A stretch of 64,000 nt of DNA from Tubulanus polymorphus (Eukaryota; Animalia; Nemertea), in contig NC_134028.1 in the NCBI RefSeq assembly GCF_964204645.1, positions 12,261,263 through 12,325,262 of the forward strand. The letters are read 5' to 3'. The notes beneath the pieces were generated by a model. That model was not told where the DNA came from. It did no database searches and was given only the letters and a program-made list of their open reading frames with translations. Below are positions 36,462 through 50,503 of the stretch, one piece after another. A program made the translations under genes and the position numbers. Within the stretch, counting starts at the first letter, position 1. Each line of letters opens with the position of its first letter.

Positions 36462-37118
36462 CCATATTTTCCTGTGTATAAGTCGAGTTTTTGAGACCAA
36501 AAATCATGTCCAAAAAACGTATGTCGACTTATACACCGGCTACACTTTCGATATCGTTTTAAACTGACGATGTTTAGAGTTCAAGGTCGCCATGATGAAA
36601 TGGAATATTAATTTATGTTAGGCTACACTCATACACCAATTAGAATTTAGGATGTTGATAAAAATAGTTTCTTATAATTTGGAAATATTTCAAAATTAAC
36701 TAATGTTAAAAATCAAAAGAGAAAGAAAACCGCGTATATTCATTGTACAGTGTTTATATAAGCCGCGATGCTGTGGCAGCGTGCCAATAATCAATACACA
36801 GTCAGTCTAATAATAGACTACAGGCCCGCGGCATTTAACGTATACACTATACATTCAACACGTGGATACAAACAAAGAGCACTAATCCGGTAATTTAATA
36901 TTAGAAACAACAGATCCCAATGATTTAATAATGCAGTTAGTGGTAAAGACTCTCAACTGCTATGAGAATGACATCGGCACTGTTTTCAATGTGACATATG
37001 TAAACACATGAAAAAGCAACTTGACTTATACACCGACTATTGCCCTAGCACAACTTTTTAAACTGAAAATTTGACCTCGACTTATACACCGGGTCGACTT
37101 GTACACCGGAAAATACGG
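36462..37118. mobile_element. Tc1/mariner-pogo-like MITE
   Basis: TA|CCATATTTTCCTGTGTATAAGTCGA ... TCGACTTGTACACCGGAAAATACGG|TA; repeated gacttatacaccg subterminal motifs. Confidence 0.8.
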
Positions 37119-37442
37119 TAGACTTTTTTATTTTATGCCCGACTGGCAGTCAGTGAATGGTATCATAAAATGATGTCAGATAAAATTACGTGCAAATAGT
37201 GGGATTCCAAGCGCATCGATTGGTCCGGTACCTTGTCCTTCATAGCATACACCTTTGATGTAAATATGATGTCTCTAATTCAAACCCTGCATGATGTACA
37301 GTTTTCTCCTGAACAAAATTCACCCATCCAACAAAAAGGACAACAATGCCCCTTGGGGCCTGTCATCCAAGGGGTGTAAGGTGTATGCCAAAACTATGTT
37401 CATGAAATCTTATGTAAGATTTATATTGCTTTGAATCCCTAC

Positions 37443-37576
37443 CTTTCACAGTATTAAGCACTTTCTTAGGTCTTGACTTCAAAGTAGTGTTGGCTCCATT
37501 CACATAAAGTGTAAATCCTTGTTCTTTTTTTTCCAGCTCCATCTGTTTGATGTCCTTGGACAATTTCTTCACAATA
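37443..37576 (-). CDS. KATNIP: KATNIP-like exon (IVKKLSKDIKQMELEKKEQGFTLYVNGANTTLKSRPKKVLNTVK)
   Basis: tttcAG|T ATT...AAA G|GTagg, 134 nt, phase 2 to 1. EQGFTLYVNGAN matches the recalled KATNIP motif EQGFSVYVNGAN. Confidence 0.85.
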
Positions 37577-37739
37577 CTGAAATACGGACAAGAGGCCCAT
37601 GAGCCTTGAAGCATTGGTAGATTATACTTTGGTGAGGTATTGCACTGGTAATAAACAAAGTTGTTGCATGTGGTTTTCAATAAAGCAACTGTTCGCGCTC
37701 GTTTGTGGCTGAAGTTGGAATAAACGTTTTCACGACACC

Positions 37740-37885
37740 ATCGAATAACTCAGAAACAATCCGGATATAAAAATGTGTTCGTTTGATAAGGGAAATGGTA
37801 TTGTGATTTTAGATTCCTCCGAATACTTAGAGAAACTGGATGAGATCATTTTAGATGAGAACAAATTTGTCGAAATTAAGAACAC
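37740..37885 (+). pseudogene. Penelope-like element RT N-terminal fragment
   Basis: LRNNPDIKMCSFDKGNGIVILDSSEYLEKLDEIILDENKFVEI, containing the DKG..VILD..Y..K motif typical of Penelope-like RTs. Confidence 0.7.
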
Positions 37886-37889
37886 TCGA

Positions 37890-38985
37890 AACTAGGGGTC
37901 CAGGGACACCATGCCCACTTGGGAAGTGGTTTCAAATGCTCATCAATCTAACAATTTCAATATTAACCCCCTGGTGACCATAAACAAAAACAAATGACCT
38001 TGAAACTCACCACAATCGTAGAATATGTCAGCACCTACGATTTTTCAATTGATTGTGACTACAAAATATGCCTCGTTACCAATTTAATATGGAAATACTA
38101 AGTTATTCTACTATTCAATGCCCCCTGGTGACCATATGCAAAACCCAATGACCTTGAAACTCACCACAATCATAGAACATGTCATGAACTACAACTTTGC
38201 AATTGATCATGGTAACAAGATATGCCTAGGTACCAAGATAATGAGGAAATACTAAGTTATTATACTTTTCAGCGCCCCCTTGTGACCATATAGAATATCT
38301 AATGTCCTTAAAACTCACCACAATCATAGGGGATGTCATGAGCTACAACTTTGCAATTGATTGTGTCAACAAAATATGCATATGTACGAATATAATATAG
38401 AAATACTAAGTTATTGTATTTTCAACGCCCCCTGGTGGGCATATACAAAAACCAATGACCCGGAAACTCACCAAAATCATGGAACACGTTATGGGTTACA
38501 ACTTTCTAATTGATAGTGGCAACAAATTATGCTTACGTACCAATATAATGTGGAAAAACTTTTCCCACCTACGAATGAGCACTGATGACACCAAGATGGC
38601 CGCCAATAGCGCCATAATTGGCTGATCAAAAATACCTGTCTCAAATATAAAACATCCCTTTCCAAAGAATACCCATCACAAATTGCGATGAGATATGGCA
38701 AACAGGTAGGAAGCTACAGGTCTCAGAATTCGGGCCAAAATTGACATTTTTGGGCACTAAAAAGGTCAGAGGACAGCCATCTTGAGTCCGATTGACCCAA
38801 TTTTTCTAATGCTGATGGGCCCATGGGGGATTCAAGTATATACGAAAGATCAAGGTAATTTATCGAAGCGTCTTCAAAATTTCCCTCAAAACGTTCAAAA
38901 ATCTGTAGAAAGTTCTGATTTGGGGAAACAACAATGACTGTCAGTCGGCCATCTTGATTCTGACAGGGCCAGTTTTGGGCTGGTG
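37890..38985 (-). mobile_element. HINE family B copy with 154-bp tandem units (truncated)
   Basis: Starts AACTAGGGGTCCAGGGACACCATGCCCACTTGGG; ccccctggtg-type anchors at 37967, 38121, 38275 and 38428. Confidence 0.8.
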
Positions 38986-39918
38986 AAGTAGGATCGGGGG
39001 AAGATGATAAGTTAATGCATCTTCTCAACTGGGAAAATCGCAAAACGACTCTGAGACAGTTGTAAAGGTTGAAAGACATTCTGTGGAAATATAGAAAAAT
39101 TTTCTCAGTTGACAATAAGGAAAATGGACGCACTTCTGTTATTCGACATGAAATTAATTTCACTGATAATGTGCAGCTTAAGGAGAGGTATCGACGAGTT
39201 CCTCCATCCATGATGAACGAAGTGAGGGATCACCTTAACATGATGGCGTCAACAGGAGTCATCCGCCCATCCTTTAGTTCTTAGTCAGCCAGTGGGACTC
39301 GTTCGGAAAAAGGATGGTGGTCTTCAATTTTGGAGTCTACGGGGTTGTAGCTGAAACCTTCAATATGTGAGGTTTTGCAGTCGGCGGTGGTTTATCTTGG
39401 TCACAGGATCTTCCAGAGAAGAGTTGAACCTGACCCAGCGAAGTTAAGCACTGTGAAGGATTGGCCTTAGGATCATGACCGAAGTACGGCAATTTCTAGG
39501 TTTCTCGGGATACTACAGGCGATTTATTAAAGACTATGCTAGGATAGCTGCTCCATTGATGATATTATTGACCGGTATCACAAATCTGAAAGGGAAGTGA
39601 AAAACTGCGGAACGGAAGACTGAGATACGGTGGGGACAGGAAGAAGAGGTCGCATTCATGAAATTGAAGGTAATGCTTACATCCAGCTCCATTTTAGGAT
39701 TTGCTGACTTCAATAGGCCATTTGAGCTTCATGCGGACGCGGCTCATGATGGGTTAGGGGCCATTTTATATCAAACCGATGACAATGGAACGAACAAAGT
39801 GAATGCATATGCAAGTAGAGGTTTGACTACATCAGAGAAGAAGTATCCCGCCCATAAACTCGAGTTGCTGGCCTTGAAATGGGCAGCAACGGAAATATTT
39901 CATGACTACTTATATGGC

Positions 39919-40740
39919 AGTGCTTCATCTAGCATTAAAAAAGGGCAGGGTGCCAATTTCAAATAAGGGCATTTTTTGCGTGATTCCATCGGAGCAAGGG
40001 CACATAATAACGCGCTCAGGTCTGTTTTAGGGGCAAACTGCAATGTTCCCTATTGCATAGAATCGAGGTACCCCCTACTACGATTGAGGACTAGAAACTA
40101 TGTTTAAATCTGATTATGCCATGAGTGACACACTTGACCACAGTACATCCTTACACCTATGCCTGTCAATGAACAAAAGTTAATCTAGATAGGGCTTTCA
40201 AAATGATTTGGAAAACCAGTTGCAGACAAAAAAATTGCAGAAAAAAGCAATCTCAAGTAACAAATACAGCGAAAAAGAGCCAGCAATAGTGTATAGGCCT
40301 ACATGAAATTGCATATTTTTAATCTTAGAAATATCAAATTAATTGATTTAAATTGATAGTGGTAGTGATTGGCAAGTAACTGTTGATAATTGGTAAGCAT
40401 TCAGCTTAAGAACACATTATTGCTATTAGGCTACTCAAACTAATTGTCTGTGCGAGTCTCTCTAAGAGTTCACCGAACAAAGTTTTTCACCTTGTATATA
40501 AAAAATTTGTCAAATAGTCTAGATAAAAAGATCCAGAGCATCACGATGTGTTCAAAACGAAACAATCCATTGAATATACACTACCAGCTTTACAACGGCA
40601 GTCGCTAGAATGATTGGCAGTAGTTTGGAAGTCAGCCAATTTGCTGGAAACTTAAACTAGGCCACGCGTCTGAGGCACGTTTTCACACTGACTGCAGAAC
40701 ATTTGAATATAACCACTGATCACATGAGCTACTATCGTTG
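39919..40740. mobile_element. Truncated hAT-related non-autonomous insert inside the Gypsy pol
   Basis: Starts CAGTG right after ..DYLYG; contains ctagaatgattggcag and aaactaggccacg.gt.tgaggca blocks also found at about 59327 and 63305. Confidence 0.5.
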
Positions 40741-42166
40741 ATATCATACGAGATATTTCATAGCCGTCACAGGAAACTTACTAACAGTCGGATGCGTCGG
40801 CTTATTTTGAAAGCCCTGACTCATTACTCGTGACTGACAAGGGCAGGATGGCGGACCTACGGCAAGTGATGAGGGCACAAGGGCGAGCATGGGACACATC
40901 TGAAGGGCACAAGGGCGGCTATTTTCGGGGGCGGAGCGGACCGCCCTTCTATTTTTGGCTAGATGACGCACTGTATGGGAACAAATGCTGTGTCCACACA
41001 CCATATCACCTTGCAGGCAATGGTGCTGTGGAAAGGTGTAATAGCACGTTGATTCATGTACTGTGTAGTTTGCCTCCCGAGGAAAAGCACACCCCATGAG
41101 TCAACGGGATTTGAGCCATTCTATCTAATGTTCGGAAGAAGACCTAGACTGTCAGTTGATCAGAAGTTTGGTTGGGGAAATGAGGAAAGCGCAACATCAA
41201 CCACAGAGTTCGTGAAACAGATGGAACATCAAAAATGGAAGTGGCATGGAATTTTGCGGCGGATCACCTAGCTAGGCAAGGGGATAGATGGAAAATGTTG
41301 TATGACGGGAGATGTAGATGTGCAGAGTTAACACCTGGGGATATGGTGTAAGTCAAACGTGAAGGTTTCAAGGAACAGCACAAATTAGCTGACCATTGGG
41401 AATCGGTACCTTATATTGTGGAAAACAAGGTAGCTGGAGATGTGCCTGTTTAAGAGGTATAACAAATGGAAGGAGGAGGTTGGAAAATACTGCATAGAAA
41501 TAAGTTATTACCTTAGACTACTCCTTTGCGTGACAGTGGGGAATCGTTTCAGGAACATGAAGTAAACCGGGAACCAGTTACTCCGGGAGATTTGGTTTTT
41601 GATAATCCGAAGGAAGTAGTAACTGAGGTGCCCGATGATGGGACCGACGAGGCAGACTGGGTACTCGCCTCACACGCGATGTGGGAACTGCGGAGGAACT
41701 GCATGTTGAGTCTAAGAATGAGGGTGCGGACACGGTGTTTTCTCGTGATTCTGAAATGAGAGGTTCTCCAGAGCCGGTTTCGGAGGGAGTTGTGGGAACA
41801 GTAATACGCCTATTCTGGGACTACCGGGAGCTGATCAAACGAGCGGTTCTGTGAAGCGACCAGTTCTTATTGACCTCTGTTGCAACATCACCGGATGTTG
41901 GCGAATCGAGTCCTAGTTCGGAAGAACGTCCTGTGCCGAGACCTTGGACGAGGCGACCCCCAGCTTGGCAGTGTTCAGGGGAATTTTTGATGTATAATAT
42001 GCAGATGGATCGTAGGAAGATTGAATTGTTTCTGGAATATGCGAGGAATCCAGAGATTCTAGATAATCCTAGATTGTTAGATGCGCTTACTAACATGATC
42101 CGAACCGGTATAGACTAGAGTGTAAAATGCAGTCTCATTAACTATGTACAGTGTGATATGAAAATA

Positions 42167-43310
42167 AAATAAATTGCCCATGGGCAAAGTGTGGTTTACC
42201 TTAAGAGAGGTTGTTTTGGGTAAGGGCATTGCTTGAAAAATCTTTTTAATTCGTGACTTCAAAGTTCTATATTGTATTTTATCTTTCTGAAAGAATTATT
42301 TTGTAGGCAAATAAGACCAAAAATATACATTTGTTCACGGTCCACGTCCAAACAAATTTCGTAGGGTACAGGTGGTACAGGTAGGCGCGGCAGGGAAACT
42401 ATTTTATATTTTCAAAGAAATATTTTTCACAATATGAAAAAATCTTCAAATGAAATTCATATGATGTCACATATCGGAGTGTGGCTGAATATTTAGTCTT
42501 GGAAACCTCTTCCAATGTATGGCTGCGGAATCTAAACTGGCGCAGTAAGAAATGATAATCGGCGTATTAGATCGTTTTAAATCCTGGAATTTACTACTAC
42601 AATATTCAGACTTCGACCTATAGCTATAGTTTGCTGCTTAGTATTTTCAGGTCACAAGAAATTACAATTTATTATAAATTATATCAAACAGAAAACACAG
42701 CGCTCATCTTCTGCTGATGAAATGTCAAACGCGCCAGCAAGCAGCATTTACAGTATCACTATAGTAATGTACTGTACGAGCGTGTGTTTATGTGTTTGTG
42801 TGTGCAACAGTCTATAGCACTCCGCGCGCACGTGAATTTTTTCGATGTCAATCAAAACAATCAACGGGTATTAAAATGAAACAATACCTATGGCGATATG
42901 TGAAATAATTATATTCTCACCAGCAATGAGCATATAAAATTTGTACCTAGTCCAATGAAACGTTCGCCACTCTATGGCTTTCCCATAATTAATTTAGTAG
43001 CGCTGGAATTCCCCGTATATCCCAAAAACAGCCAATCACATTCGCTCGTAAAGACAAGGCCCCCAATCGAGGTCATTGCAATTTTATACACGAGAGCTAA
43101 GAATTTTCCCGCCAAAAACAGTTTTTCGTAGAATTTTAACAATGTTGACCATGTCATCGACGGAAGTTCGCCATGTCTTCAATCGCATCGATTATACGTC
43201 GTTTAAGCCGAGAACCAATGAAACATATGCTCACATAAAAAAACGTACCGCGATTTTACATGAATTGGCTCAATGCCAACTTCATATTGCTGACAAAGGT
43301 AAACCAAAAA
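42167..43310 (-). mobile_element. HINE family A, full-length copy
   Basis: Minus strand: TTTTT-GGTTTACCTT ... AAGGTAAACC-acact-TTGCCCATGGGCAA-TTTATTT (subterminal IRs, 3' palindrome, T-flanks, no TSD). Confidence 0.85.
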
Positions 43311-43639
43311 GAAAAGAACAAAAAAGGGGGAGGGACCCTGTTGTTATATTATTCATTATATATGTGGTTGACTGCTGATATCAATTGTTGTTGGCCTTGA
43401 CATTTTATAGTTCTTATTATGCTGTCCCAGTTCGTTAACTGGTTGTAAAGATATACTTTGAGATATGGAGGACGATATTTTATGGCTGGGGGAAGTATGT
43501 GATAGACATTCATTAGGGACATTTTAGTGAATAATACAATGTTCGGGAACGACAGTCAAGCCTGTGGTGCACTCTCAGTTATGTTTTGGTTGCGGGTTTG
43601 GTCTTGGTTGGAGAGTTTGTGTATTTTATACATATCTTG

Positions 43640-44025
43640 CGCAGCCTAGAATGTCTCTTAGATTCTTTCCACGTTTGAATATATTCTTGGTGGTTCTTTG
43701 AATATCATTTTAAGAGTCCTGTCCAACTGGATTAGTTTCCAGAGTTTCATAAGCAACTATCGGATGTTATCCGTTGTCGGGTCGTATGCAGTGATGAGAA
43801 GAACTGAGTCCGACGACTGGTCCTTTTTAACCGGTCTAAATAGGTCTCCCCAGTTCCGTTGGTTGGCTTTCTTTATTTTAATTTTTTGATTTGTGTAACC
43901 TCTATCCAGAAGGTAGCCTTACAGTTTCGTGCATTCTGAGCAATATTCACTTTCATCCGAGCAGATATTCTGAAATCTTAGTGGCTGTACATATGCGGTG
44001 TTATTGTCACAATGAGGTGGGTGAC
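43640..44025 (-). pseudogene. Penelope-like element fragment (post-RT region)
   Basis: CHPPHCDNNTAYVQPLRFQNICSD..LLDRGY..ITAYDP..IFKEPP..FKRGKNLRDIL, with stops. Confidence 0.75.
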
Positions 44026-44494
44026 ACAAATGTGGAAAAAATTTTTCCCATCTATGAATGAGTACTGAAGACACTAAGATGGCCGCCAATTGCATCATAA
44101 TAGGTTGACCAAAATACCTGTCTCAGGTATAAAAGATCCCTTTCCAAAGAATACCCATCACAAATTGCAATGAATAATGGCAAACCAGTAGGAAGCTATA
44201 GGACTCAGATTTCAGGCCAAAATTGACGTTTTTGGAAACTAAAAGGTCATATGATGACAATCTTGAGCCTGATCGACCCACTTTTTCTTGTGCCGATGGG
44301 CCCTGCGGGACATCAAATATGTATGAAAGATCACGGTAATTAATCAAAGCGTCTTCAAAATTTCTATCAAAAAGTTCAATAAATGACCAATGGTCCTGTG
44401 GCTCGCCAAACTGGTGTGAAGTAAAAATCTGTCACGTAGGCTACCGGTATGCAAGAATTCATTTCATTGAAATTTAAACATGAAAAAAATATAT

Positions 44495-45764
44495 AACTAG
44501 GGGTCCAGGGACACCATGCCCCCTTGGGAAGTGGTTTCAAATGCTAAACAATCTTACAATTTCAATATTCAATGCCCCCTGGTGACCATATACAAAAACC
44601 AATGACCTTGAAACTCACCAAAATCATAGAACATGTCAGCAGCTACGATTTTGTAATTGATTGTGATAACAAAATATGCCTCATTACTAATTTAATAAGA
44701 AAATACTAAGTTATTCTACCATTCAACGCCTCCTGGTGACAATATGCAAAACCCATTGACCTTGAAACTCACCACAATATAGAGCATGTCATGAACTACA
44801 ACTTTGCAATTGATCATGGTAACAAAATATGCCTTGGTACCAATCTAATAGGGAAATACTAAGTTATTCTACTATTCAACACCCCCTGGGGACCATATAG
44901 AATAACCAATGTCCTTAAAACTCACCACAATCATAGATGATGTCATGAGCTACAACTTTGCAATTGATTGTGGTAACAAAATATGCATAGGTACAAATAT
45001 TATATAGAAATACTAAGTTATTGTATTATTCAATGCCCCCTGGTGGCCATATACAAAAACCAATGAACTTGAAACTCACCACAATCATAGAACACGTTAT
45101 GAGCTATAACTTTCCAATTGATTGTGGTAACACAATATGCTTAGGTATCAATACAATGTGGAAAAACTTTCTCCAACCTACGAATCAGTACTGATGACAC
45201 CAAAATGGCCGCCAATCGTGTCATAATTGGCTGATCAAAAATACCTGTCTCAGGTGTCAAATATCCCTTTTCAAAGAATAACCATCATAAATTGCAATGA
45301 GAAATGGCAAACCACTAGGAAGCTACAGAACTCAGAATTCGGGCCAAATTGACATTTTTGGGCACTAAAAAGGACATAGGAAGGCCATCTTGAGTCTGAT
45401 CAACCCAATTTTTCTGAGGGGCCCTTGGGGGAATCAAATATAGACGAAACATCAAGGTAATTGATCAAAGCGTCTTCAAATTTTCCCTCATAAGTTCAAA
45501 AATGGGTAAAAAGTGCTGATTTTGGCGAACAACAATGGCTGCCAGTCGGCCATTTTGATTCAGACAGGGCCAGTTTTTGGGCTGAATATGTGTCTAGGGT
45601 TGATACATGTGTAACCCAAATATCAAGACATTACATTGAAGCTTCTTCAAAACTTCCCAAAATAACTGGATTCCGTCTACGGATGGACGGACGGACGGAT
45701 GGACGGACGGACGAAAAGTGAACGCAATAGCCCGCTGGGACTAAAGTTCCAAGTGGGCTAAAAA
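44495..45764 (-). mobile_element. HINE family B, full-length copy
   Basis: Subterminal IRs GCCC(A/C)CTTGG / CCAAGTGGGC; four ~154-bp units (44575, 44729, 44882, 45036); (GGAC)n at 45678-45713; hairpin TAGCCC...GGGCTA; A-run flank. Confidence 0.85.
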
Positions 45765-48030
45765 TGACTCAATTTTGATAAGTGTGAACTTTTAATGATA
45801 ACTGACTTTTAACAAGAATGAAATCTTCGAAAAATTGATTATGGGCCTCTTGTCTGAACAAATGTTCATAATTGTAATACATCCCTTGAATGATGTAAAA
45901 CTACTAAAACTATGAGTGGCCCGATAAGATACGGTACAAACTTGGTGAGAGCCTGGGTTTCATCGGAGGTTTTTTCATTTTAATCATCCGACCAATCAGG
46001 ACAGAAGCTCCCAAGTTCTTCAAATTTGAGGCCAGTCAGTGCCGCAGAAACCCTCTTATAATCCTGTTGATTATCATTATTATTATACATTTCCCACTTT
46101 CCAGCCAAAATTTTTTTCATAAAATGTAACTCCTCTCAGATTTGAACACTAACAGCTTATAAACGTAATTTTCATTTCTGTCAGTTATATAACTCAGTGC
46201 CTGACCATTTCGAATTTGCGTATAGTAATTTCTTATGAATTAATCCTGTGTAATTACCGGGTCTAAACAGCGACAAGAATAACGCAAAGCATTGTCATCC
46301 ATTGATAAAAGTACTTTAGCGGACGACCTCGAGCGTCAAACTGAATCCACTACCAGGGAATGTTAGACATGATTTCTTGGTCTAACTGCAGTTAAAGTTA
46401 CCTTTCAACTGGGTGGTGCTATGATATGAGTACATATGATAGCAAATGAGTACTCGGCAAAGCAATGATCATTGTTGGCTACCTACTTGCCTAATGCCTA
46501 GCTTTATGGGGGATACGCCTAGAATAGATTTAGGCCCTTAATGTAGTGTGTAGAGCCATTCGAAAGCCTTAGTAGTTAGTAAGGGACTGGTTTACACTTA
46601 TGTATACGACTATTCAGGGTTTTCTGTTACATCACAGAAAACCCTATTGAGATTCGCGTGTTTCTTCTAATTATTATTTTATGTCACACTATTTTCACTA
46701 AAAGAACTAAGGCTTTGTTACCTTGCCGCTGTTGTCGATACAATCCGTATGATATCGTTCAGCTCACTGAGATCTACAAATACTTCGCGTGTTTTTTCAC
46801 GAATAATCGTTACAAAAGCACTGTCGGGCTGTAAACATTGAAAATTTAGCCCCATTCAATGGGCGACATGTTTTTCGAGTCGTCATCCCGAAATCAAACC
46901 GCAGGCCGATATTCACTTCGATTATCAATTCAAGTATAAATGAACTAATTTATTGCCGCAGACTTCACATTCAGCCGCGGTCTTCAAACAGTAATTTTAA
47001 CAATAGCCCATTTTCCTCATCAAATCATATTACCGATACACTGGAAATTTACTACTTTAGATTTTAAAAGCACTGTCGAGCCGTAAACATCGACGAATCG
47101 ACGTGTGTCACTACATCGTCGTTCCGTGGATCAGCTGCGAGTTTCTACTCATCATGAGAATCAAATCGAGTACAAATTAATTTATTACTACCAGTGATTT
47201 GGCTGCGGGTTTCAAGGAGTTTAACAATACCTATTTTTCATTACCAAATTAACCGTGTATTTACTAAGATAAATCTTTAGTGTACTGGGGAGTCGTAGGC
47301 CTAAACTAAACACGCCGAAGAGATATAGCGGGGAAAAGCTGTTATGTCGACGAGGTGTCAAAATAAAAGAATATGTTACTTTATTCGGCCGCGGGCTCAA
47401 CCTCTATATCAATACCATCAATACTCTATATTTCCTACAGAACATACCGATCGTTGTCAAATGCACAAGGTTTCTACTAAATACAAGTATATAACACACT
47501 CCTATCCGTATGCTGGATTCACACTTGACATTCGGAGTAAGCGTTCGCTGTGGGGGAAAGGAGATCGTTCGCTGTGTCGCTTGAAGATTTTATTGAGTTT
47601 TACGCGACCTTAAGGCTTTAGGCCTACTGGTACTGACCTTTACTGTCTCAAACAAACACTGTATAATTGTTGCGTTTATTAACGGACTCATTGGATTGAA
47701 CTTCAAAACTAAATTTACGATATTTAGGCGGGTTGTTATTTAATAAGCCTACGACCAATCTGTCCGGATGTTAGGCCTACGCAGGCTGGTAGCCTCTACT
47801 AGGTTCAAGTTAAGTTCACTGTAAATGAGGAATCAGATTTATTAAAATGCATGTGTGATTAGTGATTAACTGGTTCTGACTTGCAACGATCAATCACAAT
47901 TATCAATTTTATTGGCAAAAATGAAGATTCTTTTTTTAAATTTCGTCTGAGCAGACAGCTTTATAAGCCAGACCATTTGAGTTTTTTCATCATAAATGAA
48001 ACTGGTATTTCATTAATTGCTAATGACTTA

Positions 48031-48307
48031 AGCCGGACGTAGGTCGGCTTTGCGACAGCTTGTTACTCATTGCAACGCCATTCACTGCGACCGCCAGAGA
48101 CGATTGTGTCGCAACGACTCATTGACCTACACTGTTCTACTTTCTGCGATGCGACACGACTGTCACAACCGACCTACGCGCTCTTGCGACTGGCAGAAAC
48201 TATAGTCGCAAACAGTTGCTGACAATCGTATCGCAACCGACTTGCACCGAAACTTGCGAGGCAATGCAATGATCGCATCGCGTCGCAAGGCCGACCTACG
48301 TCCGGCT
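48031..48307. mobile_element. PIF/Harbinger-like MITE
   Basis: TTA|AGCCGGACGTAGGTCGGCTTTGCGAC ... GTCGCAAGGCCGACCTACGTCCGGCT|TTA; 3-bp TSD. Confidence 0.85.
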
Positions 48308-48339
48308 TTAAGTAACTGCGGAGGACCAGAAATATCTTC

Positions 48340-49225
48340 TTTTTCGTTCAAAAGACCTTTCGCTTGAAAATTCTTTCGTCTAGAAAAAATTTATTTCGTT
48401 CGAACTAATAACATTCTGTTCGATTGAACCAATTTGAAAAAATGGTTAGAACAAAGTTGAACAAACTTTTTTCTGTCCAAACGAAAGGTTTTTCGTTCGA
48501 ACAATCGTTCAATCGAACAGGATCGTTTTAATTTGAACAGAATTTTCTTGTCAGATCATTAAGTTTTTCGTTCGAACAAGTATATTGTAAAATGTTTTTT
48601 CTCCGAATCAAAAGTATTGAGTAGTCCGTTCAATCGAAAAGAATTGTTTTCATTCAAACATTCATTCGAAAAAATTGTTTTCGCTCAACCAAATTTTTTG
48701 CCGGGACAAAAAGTTTTTCATTTCAACAATATCATAGCTTTTTATTCGAACACATTTTTTGTCAGAATGAAGAAAAGTTTTGGTTCAAACAAAAAGCGTA
48801 TTGTTCGATCAAACAGAATTGTTTTCATTCGAACAAGATTTTCTTGTCGGAACATTAAGTTTTTGGGTCAAACAGCGTGTTAAGTTTGTTTTGGAAATTT
48901 ACTCGGTCTGGTATATTTTGGATTACTGTGTATGTCATTTGTCAGGACATTAAATAGAAGACGACTTAGGATACTACCTAGCATGACTCCACTAGTTAGA
49001 CCGACTTATTCCAAGATGAGGCGTTCCGTTGATTTCGACTACAAGGTTTCGTTCAGAGATAACTGCTGAGCCATTTGGACGACCTATCATTGATACTGTT
49101 TCCTAATAGCCTGTTTAGTAATGGCTGATGTTGTGCCTTATCAAATGCTTTGTCCAAATCCACCGTTGAACAGGATTCTAAGACTGTGCAGAAAACCCGT
49201 TATCGCTGCTTTGCAGCTATATTTA
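48340..49225 (-). repeat. Inverted counterpart of the CR1-fragment plus GTTCGAAC array composite
   Basis: gttttggaaatttactcggtc is the reverse complement of about 7172-7192; RT motifs on the minus strand at 48940-49165. Confidence 0.7.
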
Positions 49226-50503
49226 TTTCGATTACTTTCCTTCCAGCTATTAATCGTGGAATGAACTGGTCACTACGGTCTTAAATTCCTTTGCCGATTC
49301 TTGCAGCTGGTGGGAATATATTTAAACCACAGTATGCAAGTGTACGTTTCAAATTAAGCGTCACAGATGCTGTAAGTACTTGACGTTTTGTGTAATTTTT
49401 TTTTTCTAATGTCATGTTTAAAATATTTGGATCAGTTATCAATCGTGCTAGTGTACATGCAGAATTGGATTCATTGTTATTATGGGATGATAATTCACGA
49501 GCATGAAGAGTCCTACGATATACCCTTGATATGAAGCTTTTAAAAGTTTATCAGAGACTTGTTTTGGAGTAAACCGAATAGCCCTTAAAATACCAATTCC
49601 ACAGGGCTTAACGGTCGGTGCTCTGCAAGACAGTAGTAATAGATATTTCACGACAAACACACGATTTAAATATTTATTATACTTTCTTTCACTCCTCTAT
49701 TATATTACATAACTGAGTAATTCTTACATTAGATTTCTTAATTGCAGGTGGAAAGAGGTCAGATGGCATGAAAATCGACTGTGGCTGACTAATTGACGCG
49801 CGCAGATAAAGCGTTGAGCCGTGGGTTCCGTATTTTTTGAGAAATTTACCAAAAAGTTTCAAAAATTCGATTTTTTTGAGCTCGTTTTTGTATGCAGCAT
49901 CTTTAACTGTCCAAAACAACACATGCGAAAATTCAATGCTGTTTGCGTCGGAAGAACTTTATATTGCCAAGATCCGACGCTTGGTTTGGTAGTTATGGTC
50001 TTTCAAAGACGAAACCCCTCAAAATGTTGGTCCTATAAAATTTGCGTTGACCCGGTTTTGACTTCCATCATGACATCATAACATTGAACGAGGTGGATCA
50101 GCTGGTGCGCGTTATTTCATAAACAAAATGGCGGCACGATTGAATATAAATATTGATATTCAAGGCGTATGATAAAACGATTTATTGTGTGCGATGTGTT
50201 CAATGATTCATCTAGTTTTAATATCCCGTGCATAAGGTAACGTTGCATCAAGATATATGACGAAAATGTGGTTTCAAAATGCGGAAATTTACTTCCGTGT
50301 TCGCCACACAGCTAATTCACTGATAGCATCGAATTTTTAGAGATGAGTCTGATATTTACACGACTGGAATACTTGTTTTATCATCATTAATTGAAGTCAT
50401 TTTATCAACGTTCGCATTAGCAATCCGATCCTTTTTGGAGCCTGATTATTTGTATTATTTTGTTAGTGTCTCTTTGGAGCGTACATCATTCTGTCTCACC
50501 TAC

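Larger units (their letters stand above)
38986..43620 (+). mobile_element. Decayed Gypsy/Ty3 LTR retrotransposon (RT-RH-IN), interrupted twice
   Basis: GRTSVIRHEI..YRRVPP..VIRPS, VRKKDGG, PFELHADA..YASR..LELLALKWA, PYH..GNGAVER, HESTGFEPFYLMFGRRPRL. Polypurine tract GGGGGAAG precedes TGT at 43498. Inserts at 39919-~40740 and 42167-43310. Confidence 0.85.
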
